64,000 nt of DNA. It comes from Macrostomum lignano (lineage: Eukaryota). Made by a program: the position numbers and the translations under genes. Each line of letters opens with the position of its first letter. The stretch's first letter is position 1. The stretch lies in NCBI GenBank assembly GCA_002269645.1, contig NIVC01002358.1, forward strand, positions 1-64,000. Direction: 5' to 3'. The notes below the pieces were generated by a model. It made no database searches. It was not told where the DNA came from and worked only from the letters and a program-made list of their open reading frames with translations. This document shows, piece by piece, positions 1 through 17,900 of this stretch.

Positions 1-360
1 GTCATTGAAACCGTCCTCCTTTACAATGCTGAAACGTGGACACTGACCGGCCCGCAGGAGCGGCAACTCGACGCCGTTCACGCTGGACTCCTGAGAGCCG
101 CCTTCAGTGTCCACTACTCGCCGACCGCACCACCAACACCAGCAATGACGAGTTATACGACGGGCCCAGCTCTCCCGACCCAGCCCTGCGCATCCGGCGC
201 CTACAGCTGGCCAGCCAGGTCATCCGGGCAGAGCAGTACTGCCCTGAGCCGCTTCAAGACGTGCTGCTGCTATCCATTCAAGGGCCGCGGCGGCTTGGTC
301 AGGCGAGAAGTCCGCGTTTCGTCGACCTGCTTTTAAGAGCCGCTGAAATCTCCAACCCCG
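1..360 (+). mobile_element. Decayed 3' fragment of a non-LTR retrotransposon ORF2 (RTE-like, post-RT region)
   Basis: Frame 1 reads VIETVLLYNAETWTLTGPQERQLDAVHAGLLRAAF, then shifts to NDELY...IRRLQLASQVIR. This resembles the 'LLYGAETW...RLQ...GHV.R' tail of RTE-type LINE ORF2; frameshift near 120. Confidence 0.6.
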
Positions 361-1151
361 CGGACTCGCTATTCTGCGCAAATCTGCGCTTGCGCGCGCC
401 TTTTGACAACCCAACCCAACTTGGCTTGCCTGGGCAAGTGGGCAAGCCAAGTTGCGTTGCTATAGTTTGTTGTTGTTGTTGTTGTTGTTAGATAAAAATA
501 AGTTATAAATAATTCTGCCCATCCCGCGGACTCCTTGAGCAAATGCAATCGCGCCAATACTCACGCAGACGCTCACAAAGGGTGTGCAGCGGCCCTTTGA
601 ATTTCTAATCGTCAGATATGTACACTCAATCTGTGCCTTCGTGGGTTGGCCCTCGTTGTTGTGTGAATCGCACGACCACTCGCGGCTAATTTTGGGTGCC
701 CAAGCCCCAAAGACGACGGACAAGCATCCAAGACGATCTGCAAAGGGCTTATTTTGCATTTTTTAATAGTTCACCTCGATTTCAACCGTGTCAGCGAGTT
801 CTTACTCCAGTCTGCATCGAATCTAATTAACTTCGAAGACCTTCTTTGACACCTGTAGGATAGAAATGACTGAGCTACTTCAGAACGCTGTTACACATGT
901 ACGAGCGTAGCCTAAATTAAACGGAATTCATGTCTACTGTAAACTCTTACATTTATTTACTCTGGTGCAGGCGTCTATTTGAAGTCGGCATTCGCACATT
1001 TTTGGATTAAGCAACGGAAATAGAAAAGCGGTTTCACAGAAGAGCATCTTGTTCTTTAAAACATTAAAAAGTCATTGTTTTAAACTTTCGCCGAGATATT
1101 TAAAGGACACCAGTGAGCACAGGTTAAGCTACATGTATGCAGCCATCGGGC

Positions 1152-3692
1152 TCATGAGAACACCAGCATCCGGGTGGCCGACAGGAGGTCCGTAACGGTC
1201 TTGAGGTACTGGAAGTCCACCTCGGCCACCCTGTCCTTGGCCTCTTGGCTGCTGAACTCTTGGAACGAATTGTAGAAATCCGCGTGATAACCAACCGCCT
1301 CGTCCGGCTCGTCGCTGAACTCCTCGGCGAACTCCTTGATCTTGAGCCGGCGGACGTGTCTCCGGGTGACGGTGAATAGGTAATAGTCATCTTCGTTAAC
1401 CGAGCAGTCCTCCATGTGCTCGCAGGCCTGTGGGACGTCAATTTTCGATGTTTTCGATGCTAAACTAATAAGATGACGAGGTTTTCAACGAATCAAAGGT
1501 TGCTCCCGCCGTTCACTCTTTACTGTGGCTTATAAAAATCCTAATAAGTCAAATGGGTGATCAAGTCCTATGACGTTTGCGCATAGCCAATTTCATTACC
1601 TGCATGTAGAGAACTCTCAGGGTGCGGTATCTATAGGGTTTGACCCAATTTGAAAATAATTCACCTGTACGATGAGCGAATCGCGATCCTTGATTTCCGA
1701 GTTCCAGCGGCTCCAGGCAAAAGCCATGGCTGGGCTGAGCAGGGCCATCTGCTCGTAGAGGCGCTGTTCTGCAATGCTGCTCTTGTCGGGCACATCCACG
1801 TGCTTGGACGAGTCCTCGCGCGGGAACAGGTTAACGCCTGCGGCACGCAGACAGGCGATGAGGCTTCTGACAGGCATCCATTTGCCCTCCAGGTGCGAAA
1901 GCTCCCGCTTGCCCAGCTGCACCTCCGGATCTGCTTCCGGACTGTCTTCAGCCGCGTCTGATGGCGTCTCCGGGATGCAGACCAGGTCCTCCTTGACATT
2001 GATTGCCACTTCGTTGATACTGGCGATGATGCTCAGCCGGCAGCTGCGGGTGCCGAGCGGCCGAAGCTCCCACTGCTGGAATGGCATATTGATGTGGAAG
2101 TCCTGCAGGAAGCCCAGAGTGCCGAACACCGAAGTGCGGAAATTCAGGACGCGCTTGTCCTCGTCGAATTTGGTCACCTCGATGCCGTCCGTGCGCCACT
2201 CCTTGCGCTCGGCGTCCCAGCAAGCCACCTTAGGTTCCTCGGCATAGAACACATTCGATGGGAGCTTGAAGCTCACCGAAATTGGCGGATTCTCAATCTC
2301 TGGCTGCTTCTTGTTGGCTGCTTGCTGCTGCGTGCTGGTGGCGGTGAGTTGGTTGCTCACAGTCGTTGGGTTGCTGCCTTCAGTCACCGAATTCACGTCG
2401 CCGGCTTCGTCGGGCTGCTGCAGCTCCTCGAGTTCCTTGCGCACAATCGGCTGGGGGTGATAGTCGAAGCTCACTGGCTGAGGCGGCACCAGGTGCTGCA
2501 CGATCGTCCAGCCGCGTTTGTTCTGCGGCTGCGGCGGCAGCTGGAGAATGTTGAACTGCATCACCGGGCCGATTGTGTGATACCCGCGAAGATCCATTGC
2601 GTCCTCTTCGCCATCGAAGTCCTCGAACTCCATTGGTGGTGGCGACACGCAGAGGTCCTCTTCAGGCGTCTCGAGCTCCTCCTCCGGCTCAGGCTCTGGC
2701 TCCTTCTCCTCCGGCTCCTCGCCGTCCATTCGCTGCAGCTCCGCCATCAGGTCCATAGTCGGTTCCCGGACCGGCTCTTCTTCCACCTGCTCTTCTCCCT
2801 TCTCAGCTCCTTCGCCCTCGCCCTCCGCCTCGTCCGCCGCTTCGGCCTCCTCGACAACTGGCTCCACCTCTTCTTCCTTTTTGATTGGTACAGCGTAGAA
2901 ACTGGCCGACTGGGGCGAGTAATGGTCGAAGGTGGTGAGCAGGAACTGGTAGGCGCAACCAACCTTTGTCAACGCCTTGGGAATGTCGAAGCCGATGCCG
3001 GACTCGGGGAACTCGAATGTCTTGATGCGCGGATTCTTGCTAAGGTTGCCCCACAGGCACAGGCAGATCGTGTCGCTGCGCCACACGGCCTGCAGGTTCA
3101 TGGTCTCGGAGTCTGCCGCGTTGGCGCCCCGCCTCAGCATCTCGTAGGTTGCCCGGCTGAGCTTCTGCTGCAGCAGCGCCTGCAGATCGGCGATGGTGCC
3201 GCGGTACTGCCGCACCTGCTCCGGACTGGCTTCATCATCAGCCAGGTGGTCCTCGAGCTCGGCGATTAAGCCCAGACAGGGCTTGGAGTCTTCAAGCACG
3301 TCCTCGATAAGCACCCGCTTGTCGTCCTCGCGCCAGGCCACCATGTAGGTGTTGATCTCGGGCAGCACCACCGGGTCCGGAGAGCCGTCGCAGCGCAGGT
3401 AGCGACGCCAGCGCTCGTCGCGGCGCAGAGCGGCAAAATGGGCATCCCGGCTGGCGTGGTAGCCGCCAAGCAGAGCGCGCAGCTGGGCCAGCTCTACTAT
3501 GCGCACCTTCTGCTCCGCCTTCTCCCGCTTCTTGCGCTCTTCAGCCTCCGTTTTCTCGCGTTTCCTGCGCTCCCGCTCCTCTTGCTCCTGGCGAATTCGC
3601 TCCTCCTCCTCTGCTATTCGTCTGCGCTCCTCGGCCTCGCGCTTTCGCTTCTCCTTGTCACCCTTGCCGCCCTTCTTGCCAGATGATGGCAT
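1152..3692 (-). CDS. DNAI7: Dynein axonemal intermediate chain 7 / CASC1 (CFAP94)-like, 2 exons (3692-1665, 1427-1152)
   Basis: Lys/Glu/Arg-rich coiled-coil N-terminus followed by RWRRYLRCDGSPDP..INTY, LCLWGNLSKNPR, WRTDGI and FPQQWELRP-like blocks typical of CASC1. Phase-0 GT-AG intron 1664-1428 joins ...IVQ|ACEHMED. Confidence 0.85.
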
Positions 3693-5559
3693 GCTGCTGA
3701 GCTGCTGTGGGGTCTTTTATATATACGATGGGCTCTACTCTTCACAACTCTTCACAAATTGCGTTTTCTGCTGCTTCTGGCCGGAAGCCGGATGCCAGGG
3801 GACAAGGCTCTGGCGGGAACAAGGAGCAACTTCAACAATGCTTTCTGCAGGCACGCAGCACAATGGGCCTGTCTAACCGATTGCTGAGTGCTGGCTTCTA
3901 GGCTAAAGAATGCAAATTTGAGAAGTGCTGTAGAAAAAATTCTATCGTTGCTTCAGTTTTGAATTGGCGGGCCAGGCTCGCGCTGTTGTCAGGGGCAACG
4001 TTGGACGGGGCAGCCGCGTACACTGTGGGGCGGTGGGGCAGGCCGTACAGACCCGCTCTCTGCCCCAGGTGTATCTTCTGTCCTCCCTCACTCTGCTCTC
4101 TTTCTCTCTCTCTTCTCAGGCCAGTGAACGGAGCAGGCTTAGAATGTTAGTAGTGTGTCGCATGAAGCCAAGCCTTGTCACCAGGTCGTGCTTTTTTACC
4201 TCTATTCTTGTGTAGAATGAAGAATAGCAGCTGTTCATTGCTGACCGTACTTACTCAATAAACGTTCGCGCATCGTCCTGCTCATATCATCGAGCTATCG
4301 ACGAATCAAATTTTCCATAGTTGGATTAGATTCAGCTCTATAAAGTGAGAAAAGAGAATCGATGTTTATAAATAATAAGCCATTTCCAATCAGACTACTA
4401 CTAGTAATCTAATAAGACGAGCATACCGCAGAAAAAGAAGCAGATTTTGTAAGCCTTTTGTAGGCTTCAGGATCCGCAGACTTTTAACATTTAATTACAT
4501 CGAACTTTATTGAATTGTCTCTTGAATTCTCTTGAGTTTTACCTGTGTCACCTCTCAGTACTGCAACAAAAACCACTTGGGAGTGCGCGCATGGGGTGTA
4601 TATATTGGGTGTACACATTGAAACCAATTGCAAAGGGTCGAGCCACGGATAACTGAAGTAGAAGGGCTACTAAACTCGATTTTCTTAGAAATGAGCTGGG
4701 CGGTAAGGAAAGCATACCTGTCGTATCGCTATCGCTAGTGCATTTTGCATACTCTATAGGAAACGAATTAACGCTGAATGGGGGGTTTTGCCATTGAGCC
4801 CGCCGAGATTTGCCTGCAATGCTTAGTAACTCTTAAAAAGATTTATCCGACCAAAACGTTTTGATGGTAACTGGGGTACATCTGTGAGCTATTAGTTCAT
4901 GCAAATGCCATGTTGCTCTGTCCCTAATTCTCTTTATTAAGACTTACTAAGCACTGGGAGGCAACGCAGACAAAATCTGCCGCGTGGCTAAATACGCTGC
5001 AGGAAAAAAGCATTGTGGACAAAGTTTCATCGGGAAAAGCTCGGTGAGCAATTCGTCTGCGGGCAATTCTCATGGAACCCCCAATATACGTCCGATATAT
5101 TCAACAATGTCCAATATAGTATAACACAAGTTCGTTACACGAGTTCGCTCCGCAGTCTATTATTGCATCTGCAGTTATAAAAAGATTGATTTGATCGTAA
5201 ACAAGACAAAAATATGTACAAGAAGGAATACGCTACTTATTTAGTAAGTACGTATAAAAGCCTCCCGAAACTATAAATAGATTGTATACATTATTACCCG
5301 GTGCAAAAGTCGAACAAATAGAACAAATAACATTTTGAAATAGATTTACATCAGTAGATTGAGTTGAAAATAGCGAATGCAAGTCAATGTTGACCCAGCA
5401 TAGCCATATCCAATCCACGTATAGCTATAGGCTTCTCCATCTTTTAGGGTCATGTCAGTGGTAAGTTTTAAACCCATTGTGCTGCTGCTTCACCTTTAGC
5501 TTCCACAATGAGCTTCAGCCCACATCCTTTTTACCGATGCGCTGCTTATTTAATGTCAT

Positions 5560-6663
<1,104 letters not shown>

Positions 6664-6789
6664 CTAGACTTCATCTCAATATTTGAATAAAACTTCCTTT
6701 AACAAGCGTAAATGATACACGTAGCACTTGTCTATGGCTGGAACTGAATTAGCTTTTAGTTGAAAATTTGTTCCGATAACTCGTTTAAC

Positions 6790-7435
6790 GATTGGCTGGT
6801 TTGGTTAGTTGGTTGGATGACTGGTGTGTTAGCTGGTTTGGTTAGTTGGTTGGATGACTGTGTGTTAGCTGGTTTGGTTAGTTGGTTAGATGACTGGTGT
6901 GTTAGCTGGTTTGGTTAGTTGGTTGGATGACTGGTGTGTTAGCTGGTTTGGTTAGTTGGTTGGATGACTGTGTGTTAGCTGGTCTGGTTAGTTGGTTGGA
7001 TGACTGGTGTGTTAGCTGGTTTGGTTAGTTGGTTAGATAACTGGTGTGTTAGCTGGTCTGGTTAGTTGGTTGGATGACTGGTGTGTTAGCTGGTTTGGTT
7101 AGTTGGTTAGATGACTGGTGTGTTAGCTGGTCTGGTTAGTTGGTTGGATGACTGGTGTGTTAGCTGGTCTGGTTAGTTGGTTGGAGGACTGTGTGTTAGC
7201 TGGTTTGGTTAGTTGGTTGGATGACTGTGTGTTAGCTGGTTAGGTTAGTTGGTTAGATGACTGGTGTGTTAGCTGGTTTGGTTAGTTGGTTGGATGACTG
7301 GTGTGTTAGCTGGTTGGTTGTTAGATGGTTGGATAACTGGTGTGTTGGCTGGTTGGTTGTTAGATGGTTGGATAACTGGTGTGTTGGCTGGTTGGTTGTT
7401 AGATGGTTGGATAACTGGTTTGTTGGCTGGTTAGC
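6790..7435. repeat. Tandem repeat, ~37-39-bp unit (gatgactggtgtgttagctggtttggttagttggttg)
   Basis: Directly visible array; the unit variant changes toward the 3' end. Confidence 0.9.
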
Positions 7436-8544
7436 ACCAGTTCTGTTTTCAATGTGCTGCGCTTGCTGCACTGAAAATAAACTAGCAATTAACGAAAGTA
7501 AGGCTTACTCAATTCAATGGGATGGTCGCAGCTGCAGGTAGCTCTTGGATTCCGAACAGACGGTGGGCTCAAGACGACTCCTTCAGGTCACGATCTCGCT
7601 TTGCACCTTGAGCGTTTAGCTGAGTTTTATCTCGTATCTTGGTCAGCTCAGAGAGGGATAGCGGTTGCCAAGAGGGTCCAAAATGCGGCGTGGGGACTTT
7701 AAACACGACTCCGTCGCCTTTTGCATTTATTACCTGCCAGCTGCTCTGTCCAATATAGTCCAATCCAATCCAATAGTGCCTTGTGTGACCGAACTGATAA
7801 AGGAAAGCGAGGCGCCAGCCATTTGCGAATTGGCTGCTCGATAACAAGTCGAGGAGTGGCGCCTGTGTGGTTGGGGGTGTGCGCTAAAATACTTCGAAGA
7901 AATTCATTTCTGGGAGTGGCCCGACCAGCAGGGGTGAAGAAATCTAATTAGTCTATTTGAGATCTTCTTGTTGCTGTTTCGTTGAGCAGCTGCAAGAGCT
8001 GCTAACCTTTAGAGCAAGCTCTGCTTTGCTGCTCTTTTTGTTACTTGTCTCACCTGTCTCACCTTTATCTCGCTTCGATCTCACATGTCCCGCCCTAATC
8101 TCATTCTGATCTCACATGTCTCACCTTTCTCTCACTTTGATCTCACTCTGATCTCACCTGTTCAAATTTTCGATCCAACTATCTCTACTCCATCTCATAT
8201 ATTTTGCATAATCTAACATATTCCTACGAGCGTATTCTCTCCCATCTCTCTCTTATATCAATCGACAAGAATAAATAACAAGAATAAATGCGCAATATTC
8301 ATTTCATTTAAATTTATTTTAAGGCTAGCTGCTTTTAGACTTGGCGGTGCGGCAGTTTGCCATGGACTCCTGAAATACTGGCCTCCTCGCTGCTAGCTGA
8401 TATCAGACATATCTTGGAAAAACTGGTAGGCTTAAAAAACAATAAATTTCAACTGGAGACAACCGCGCCAATGGATACGACTGTTGCAGAAGATAAGAAA
8501 GAAGCATTTAAAATTTCTACAAAAAACCTGCCGAGCCAATCTTA

Positions 8545-13041
<4,497 letters not shown>

Positions 13042-13489
13042 AACAGGGCTATCACTCCTGCCAGAGCTTCGCTATTTTATTTTTCGATCCATGCACTGGC
13101 TGGACGTGACCTTTTTGATTCGATGTTTCTAGCCCAGATTTTTGTAAAGTCAATCATTTTAGATTTTCGATTTTCTGCATGTCCGAAGTTCAAATCAGCC
13201 ATTAATCTATACAAATATATATCTTATTCAACCGACTCTTTTTTGTCGCAGTGTAATACATCTTAACGAAACATTTAAAGAATTGATGCCCATTAGTTAA
13301 ATTGTGGCACTACTTAAAGTATTACAGACAGGCCATTAGTCGCGGGTTTTTAACTAGAAGAAATGATTTTAATGTCAGTTTGGCTGAACAAATCCACTAT
13401 AATGCACTAAAAAGGAGATCTAAAATGTTTGGCGGAAACTTCTTGCGAAGCAATGCCTTCATCTCTTTCCTTTACCACTCTCTCCAGCT

Positions 13490-13890
13490 CCCCACTCTCA
13501 CTTCCTTACTCTCCCTTCCCCACTCTCCCTTCCCCACTCTCCCTTCCCCACTCTCCCTTCCCCACTCTCCCTTCCCCACTCTCCCTTCCCGACTCTCCCT
13601 TCCCCACTCTCCCTTCCCCACTCTCCCTTCCCCACTCTCCCTTCCCCACTCTCTCTTCCCCACTCTCTTCCCCACTCTCCCTTCCCCACTCTCCCTTCCC
13701 CACTCTCCCTTCCCCACTCTCCCTTCCATACTCTCCCTTCCCCACTCTCCCTTCCCCACTCTCCCTTCCCCACTCTCCCTTCCCCACTCTCCCTTCCCCA
13801 CTCTCCCTTCCCCACTCTCCCTTCCCACTCTCCCTTCCCCACTCTCCCTTCCCCACTCTCCCTTCCCCACTCTCCCTTCCCCACTCTCTA
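13490..13890. repeat. 15-bp pyrimidine-rich minisatellite (ccccactctcccttc)
   Basis: Directly visible array. Confidence 0.95.
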
Positions 13891-14941
13891 TTCCCTTTTC
13901 CCTCCCGTGCATTCGCGAGGTCTTTTTCTAAATATATTGAGTAAAAAATGTAATTTGATTTGATTCGCGAAATTAAACAAAAAGATTGCAGCCAGGCGCT
14001 TGTTTAAATTATCACGAAACAAAAAATATTGAAAACAGACAACATTTTTATTGTTGCTAAGCATTAAAATCCAACAGAATTCGGCTTCCTATACAGTAAA
14101 AAGCATTGCTACAAAAAAGCTTTTGAAAAAGTTTGAGTCGCCTATGGCAAACTCTATAATCTTTGAAATTGGTTTCAGTATACAGCGTGCTTGGTGATGC
14201 ACCAGAACAACGCAAATTGAATACTAAAAGTACAAAACCCGTCAGTGGCCTTCAAAAACCAACATCAAAATCCGGGTTGGCTTCAATAAACTGCTTTAGA
14301 GAATAAAAGCCGACATGCAAAAAGTTACTAAAAATCAAAAACAAACAAAAGCTACTAAAAGTAGTGCACTTGTTAAAAAACCGTATGACTTGATCAGGTC
14401 AGGCCTTGAGATCCAAGTGTTTCACTGTAGCTTATGAACTGCGGTGGGTTTTGAGCACTAATAGAAAACTAATGATTGACGCGAGCCGATTATGACAGAC
14501 GCAATTTTTAGACAAGCACAAAAGCAGCGAATCTACATTGATAAGCGATTAAACATAATGGCGGCCTCTTCTACAGAATAATTATCATTGAACACGTCTT
14601 TAATGAACTCGCCAGCCAAAAATGAGTTGGTTGGTCTACCACAGGCCTTTAGCAACATATAGTATTCTCATATATTAGTTGCCTAATCTAAAACCTAAAT
14701 AAAACAGAAATTGACAATCCATTCTATTCCTTGAACCATGTTGGCTAGATTAGCAATCCATTTGTAAAACATTTGACTTACGTAAATGAATTCGACACAA
14801 AGGTTGTGTGCTTATTTGTTTAAAAAAAACTAGAGATGGCTAAGCATCTTTCGATTTGTTTTGCTGCAAATCACTGATTGTCCACCCAGAGACGGGGAGT
14901 CTGTCTGACTAATCAGCGGATTGATGGGGGCTAAAATCCGA

Positions 14942-17900
14942 TCAAATATCGATGGTCATCTTCTTGTGCACGTCCATGGTGCCGACCAGGTCACAGAATT
15001 CGCTGAACGAGATTCGACCGTCGCCGTCTTTATCGGCGAAGATGATCGTCTTGTCGACGATCTGCTGCAGCTGGGCGTCCTTCAGGTTGCTGCCAACCAT
15101 CATCTTGAGCACCTGGGTGGAGGCGGGCAGTAAAGAGTAAAAAGACTTTCTTCAATATGTCCATCACGTGCGAGGTGGTTAAATGCAGAGTGAACTGCAG
15201 CTCAGAGCTGCTGCCCAATCACAGCAGAGTGAACTGCAGCTCAGAGCTGCTGCCCAATCACAGCAGAGTGAACTGCAGCTCAGAGCTGCTGCACAATCAC
15301 AGCAGGGTGAACTGCAGCTCAGCTTACTTTGCCCGTCGCTCACGGTAGTTGCCTTTTGGGGCTATTCAGCTGCGTACTAACCACCGCTAACTCTGCTTAA
15401 CTCAGAGGCTGGTTTCCAAAGAAGAGCTATAGCTACACAGACATAGTAGACTCGTGAATATTTTGAGGCGATGTATGCAAAATAGTGATCAAAGCAAAGA
15501 AGTTCTTACGTGAATTCGAATTCGGTTCAACACACACGCTTCATAAAGCCTTGCCTAGCCACTAGCACTTTTAATAAGCCTCAACTATTCGAATACACGC
15601 AAGCAACGAGGAACTAAGATAGGAAGGCTGTGCTTAACAGACTGTACGAGTATCCATTAAAATCGCTACGGCAACCTGCCTACAAAGAAGCCTCCCCGTG
15701 TGTTTATCTAAGTGCCTCATCAGCTGCCGCAGCTGCTCAGCTTGCAATTAAAGAGAAGACAAGAGATGGAGAAGAGAGATGGAAAGAGATGCGCTCAGCA
15801 GCACTCAAGAGGTCCCGCTGCTGCAATCTATCTGCGTCAGTCCTCCCTTCTTGACTCGAGAGAGCTTATAAGCCATAACCCGCGTCTGGGGTCAGCAGCG
15901 CGGCAGCCCAGAAAGAATCAAAGGCAATCCGCGGGAAAGGCCGCGATGCCTGATCAGGATCGGCTATCCTTTGTCTCCTTATTTACAGGAATCGCCCCCA
16001 GGCGGTGATCTACTTTATTTAGCCGGCTATGCCTCTGTGGCCGTCCTGATTGACTCTGTCCCCTTTTTTCTCTCCCTTTAGCCAGAAATTCTGCTTGCTC
16101 CGCTGAGCTCGCCTCCCATTCCCAATTTATCCTAGCTGCATAGGAGGCTTCTCTCGCGGTTCGAGCTGAGGGGGAGGAAGTGGGCGGATAAGAAGGCGGA
16201 CCGCAGGAGGCCGTAGCTGAGACGATATTTTTGTCTGCTAGGGAGTTGGGGAGCAGCGGAGCGGAGGCCATGCGACTCTTAGACCGAGAATGGTCACGCA
16301 TTCACTGTCAAAAGAGGGTCCCAGACTAATGGAAAGGTGGCAGTAGTCGCAACTCCTTTTCTTCTCCTCTCTCTCCTCTCGCTTATCAGCTGAGCTCCCT
16401 TGAGTCGTCAGAACCGAATCAGAGATTAACGGATCATGAAAAAGAGCAGTGCAAGCGAGTGAGGAATCACGGTCTCAGAACTGGACTGCGGAGAGTTAGC
16501 GGCTCCGAGCGATCAATGAGAATGGACAAGAGAAACAGAGGAGACAGGATGAGAGAGCGAGAGTAAAGAGAGAGGAGAATGTACATAAACTGACCAGGAT
16601 TAGAGGTGGTGACGCATCGGACACAAAAACAGCGATCAGAGACGGTGACGCATCAGACACAGAAACAGAGATCAGAGACGGTGACGCATCGGACACAAAA
16701 ACAGCGATCAGAGACGGTGACGCATCAGACACAGAAACAGAGATCAGAGACGGTGACGCATCAGACACAGAAACAGAGATCAGAGACGGTGACGCATCAG
16801 ACACAGAAACAGAGATCAGAGACGATGACGCATCAGACACAGAAACAGAGATCAGAGACGGTGACGCATCAGACACAGAAACAGAGATCAGAGACGGTGA
16901 CGCATCAGACACAGAAACAGTGATCAGAGACGATGACGCATCAGACACAGAAACAGAGATCAGAGACGGTGACGCATCAGACACAGAAACAGAGATCGGA
17001 GACGGTGACGCATCAGACACAGAAACAGAGATCGGAGACGGTGACGCATCAGACACAGAAACAGAGATCGGAGACGGTGACGCATCGGACACAAAAACAG
17101 CGATCAGAGACGGTGACGCATCAGACACAGAAACAGAGATCAGAGACGGTGACGCATCGGACACAAAAACAGCGATCAGAGACGGTGACGCATCAGACAC
17201 AGAAACAGTGATCAGAGACGATGACGCATCAGACACAGAAACAGAGATCAGAGACGGTGACGCATCAGACACAGAAACAGAGATCGGAGACGGTGACGCA
17301 TCAGACACAGAAACAGAGATCAGAGACGGTGACGCATCAGACACAGAAACAGAGATCAGAGACGATGACGCATCAGACACAGAAACAGAGATCAGAGACG
17401 GTGACGCATCAAACACAGAAACAGTGATCGGAGACGGTGACGCATCAGACACAGAAACAGAGATCGGAGACGGTGACGCATCAGATACAGAAACAGAGAT
17501 CAGAGACGGTGACGCATCAGACACAGAAACAGAGATCGGAGACGGTGACGCATCAGACACAGAAACAGAGATCAGAGACGGTGACGCATCAGACACAGAA
17601 ACAGAGATCAGAGACGATGACGCATCAGACACAGAAACAGAGATCAGAGACGGTGACGCATCAGACACAGAAACAGAGATCAGAGACGATGACGCATCAG
17701 ACACAGAAACAGAGATCAGAGACGGTGACGCATCAAACACAGAAACAGTGATCGGAGACGGTGACGCATCAGACACAGAAACAGAGATCGGAGACGGTGA
17801 CGCATCAGATACAGAAACAGTGATCAGAGACGGTGACGCATCAGACACAGAAACAGAGATCAGAGACGGTGACGCATCAGACACAGAAACAGAGATCGGA

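Noticed and set aside
2094-3269. 391-aa plus-strand ORF, and similar antisense ORFs over GC-rich exons (8613-9227, 45300-46085, 61600-62244)
   Set aside because: Shadow ORFs antisense to well-supported genes, a common effect of high GC3 codon usage.
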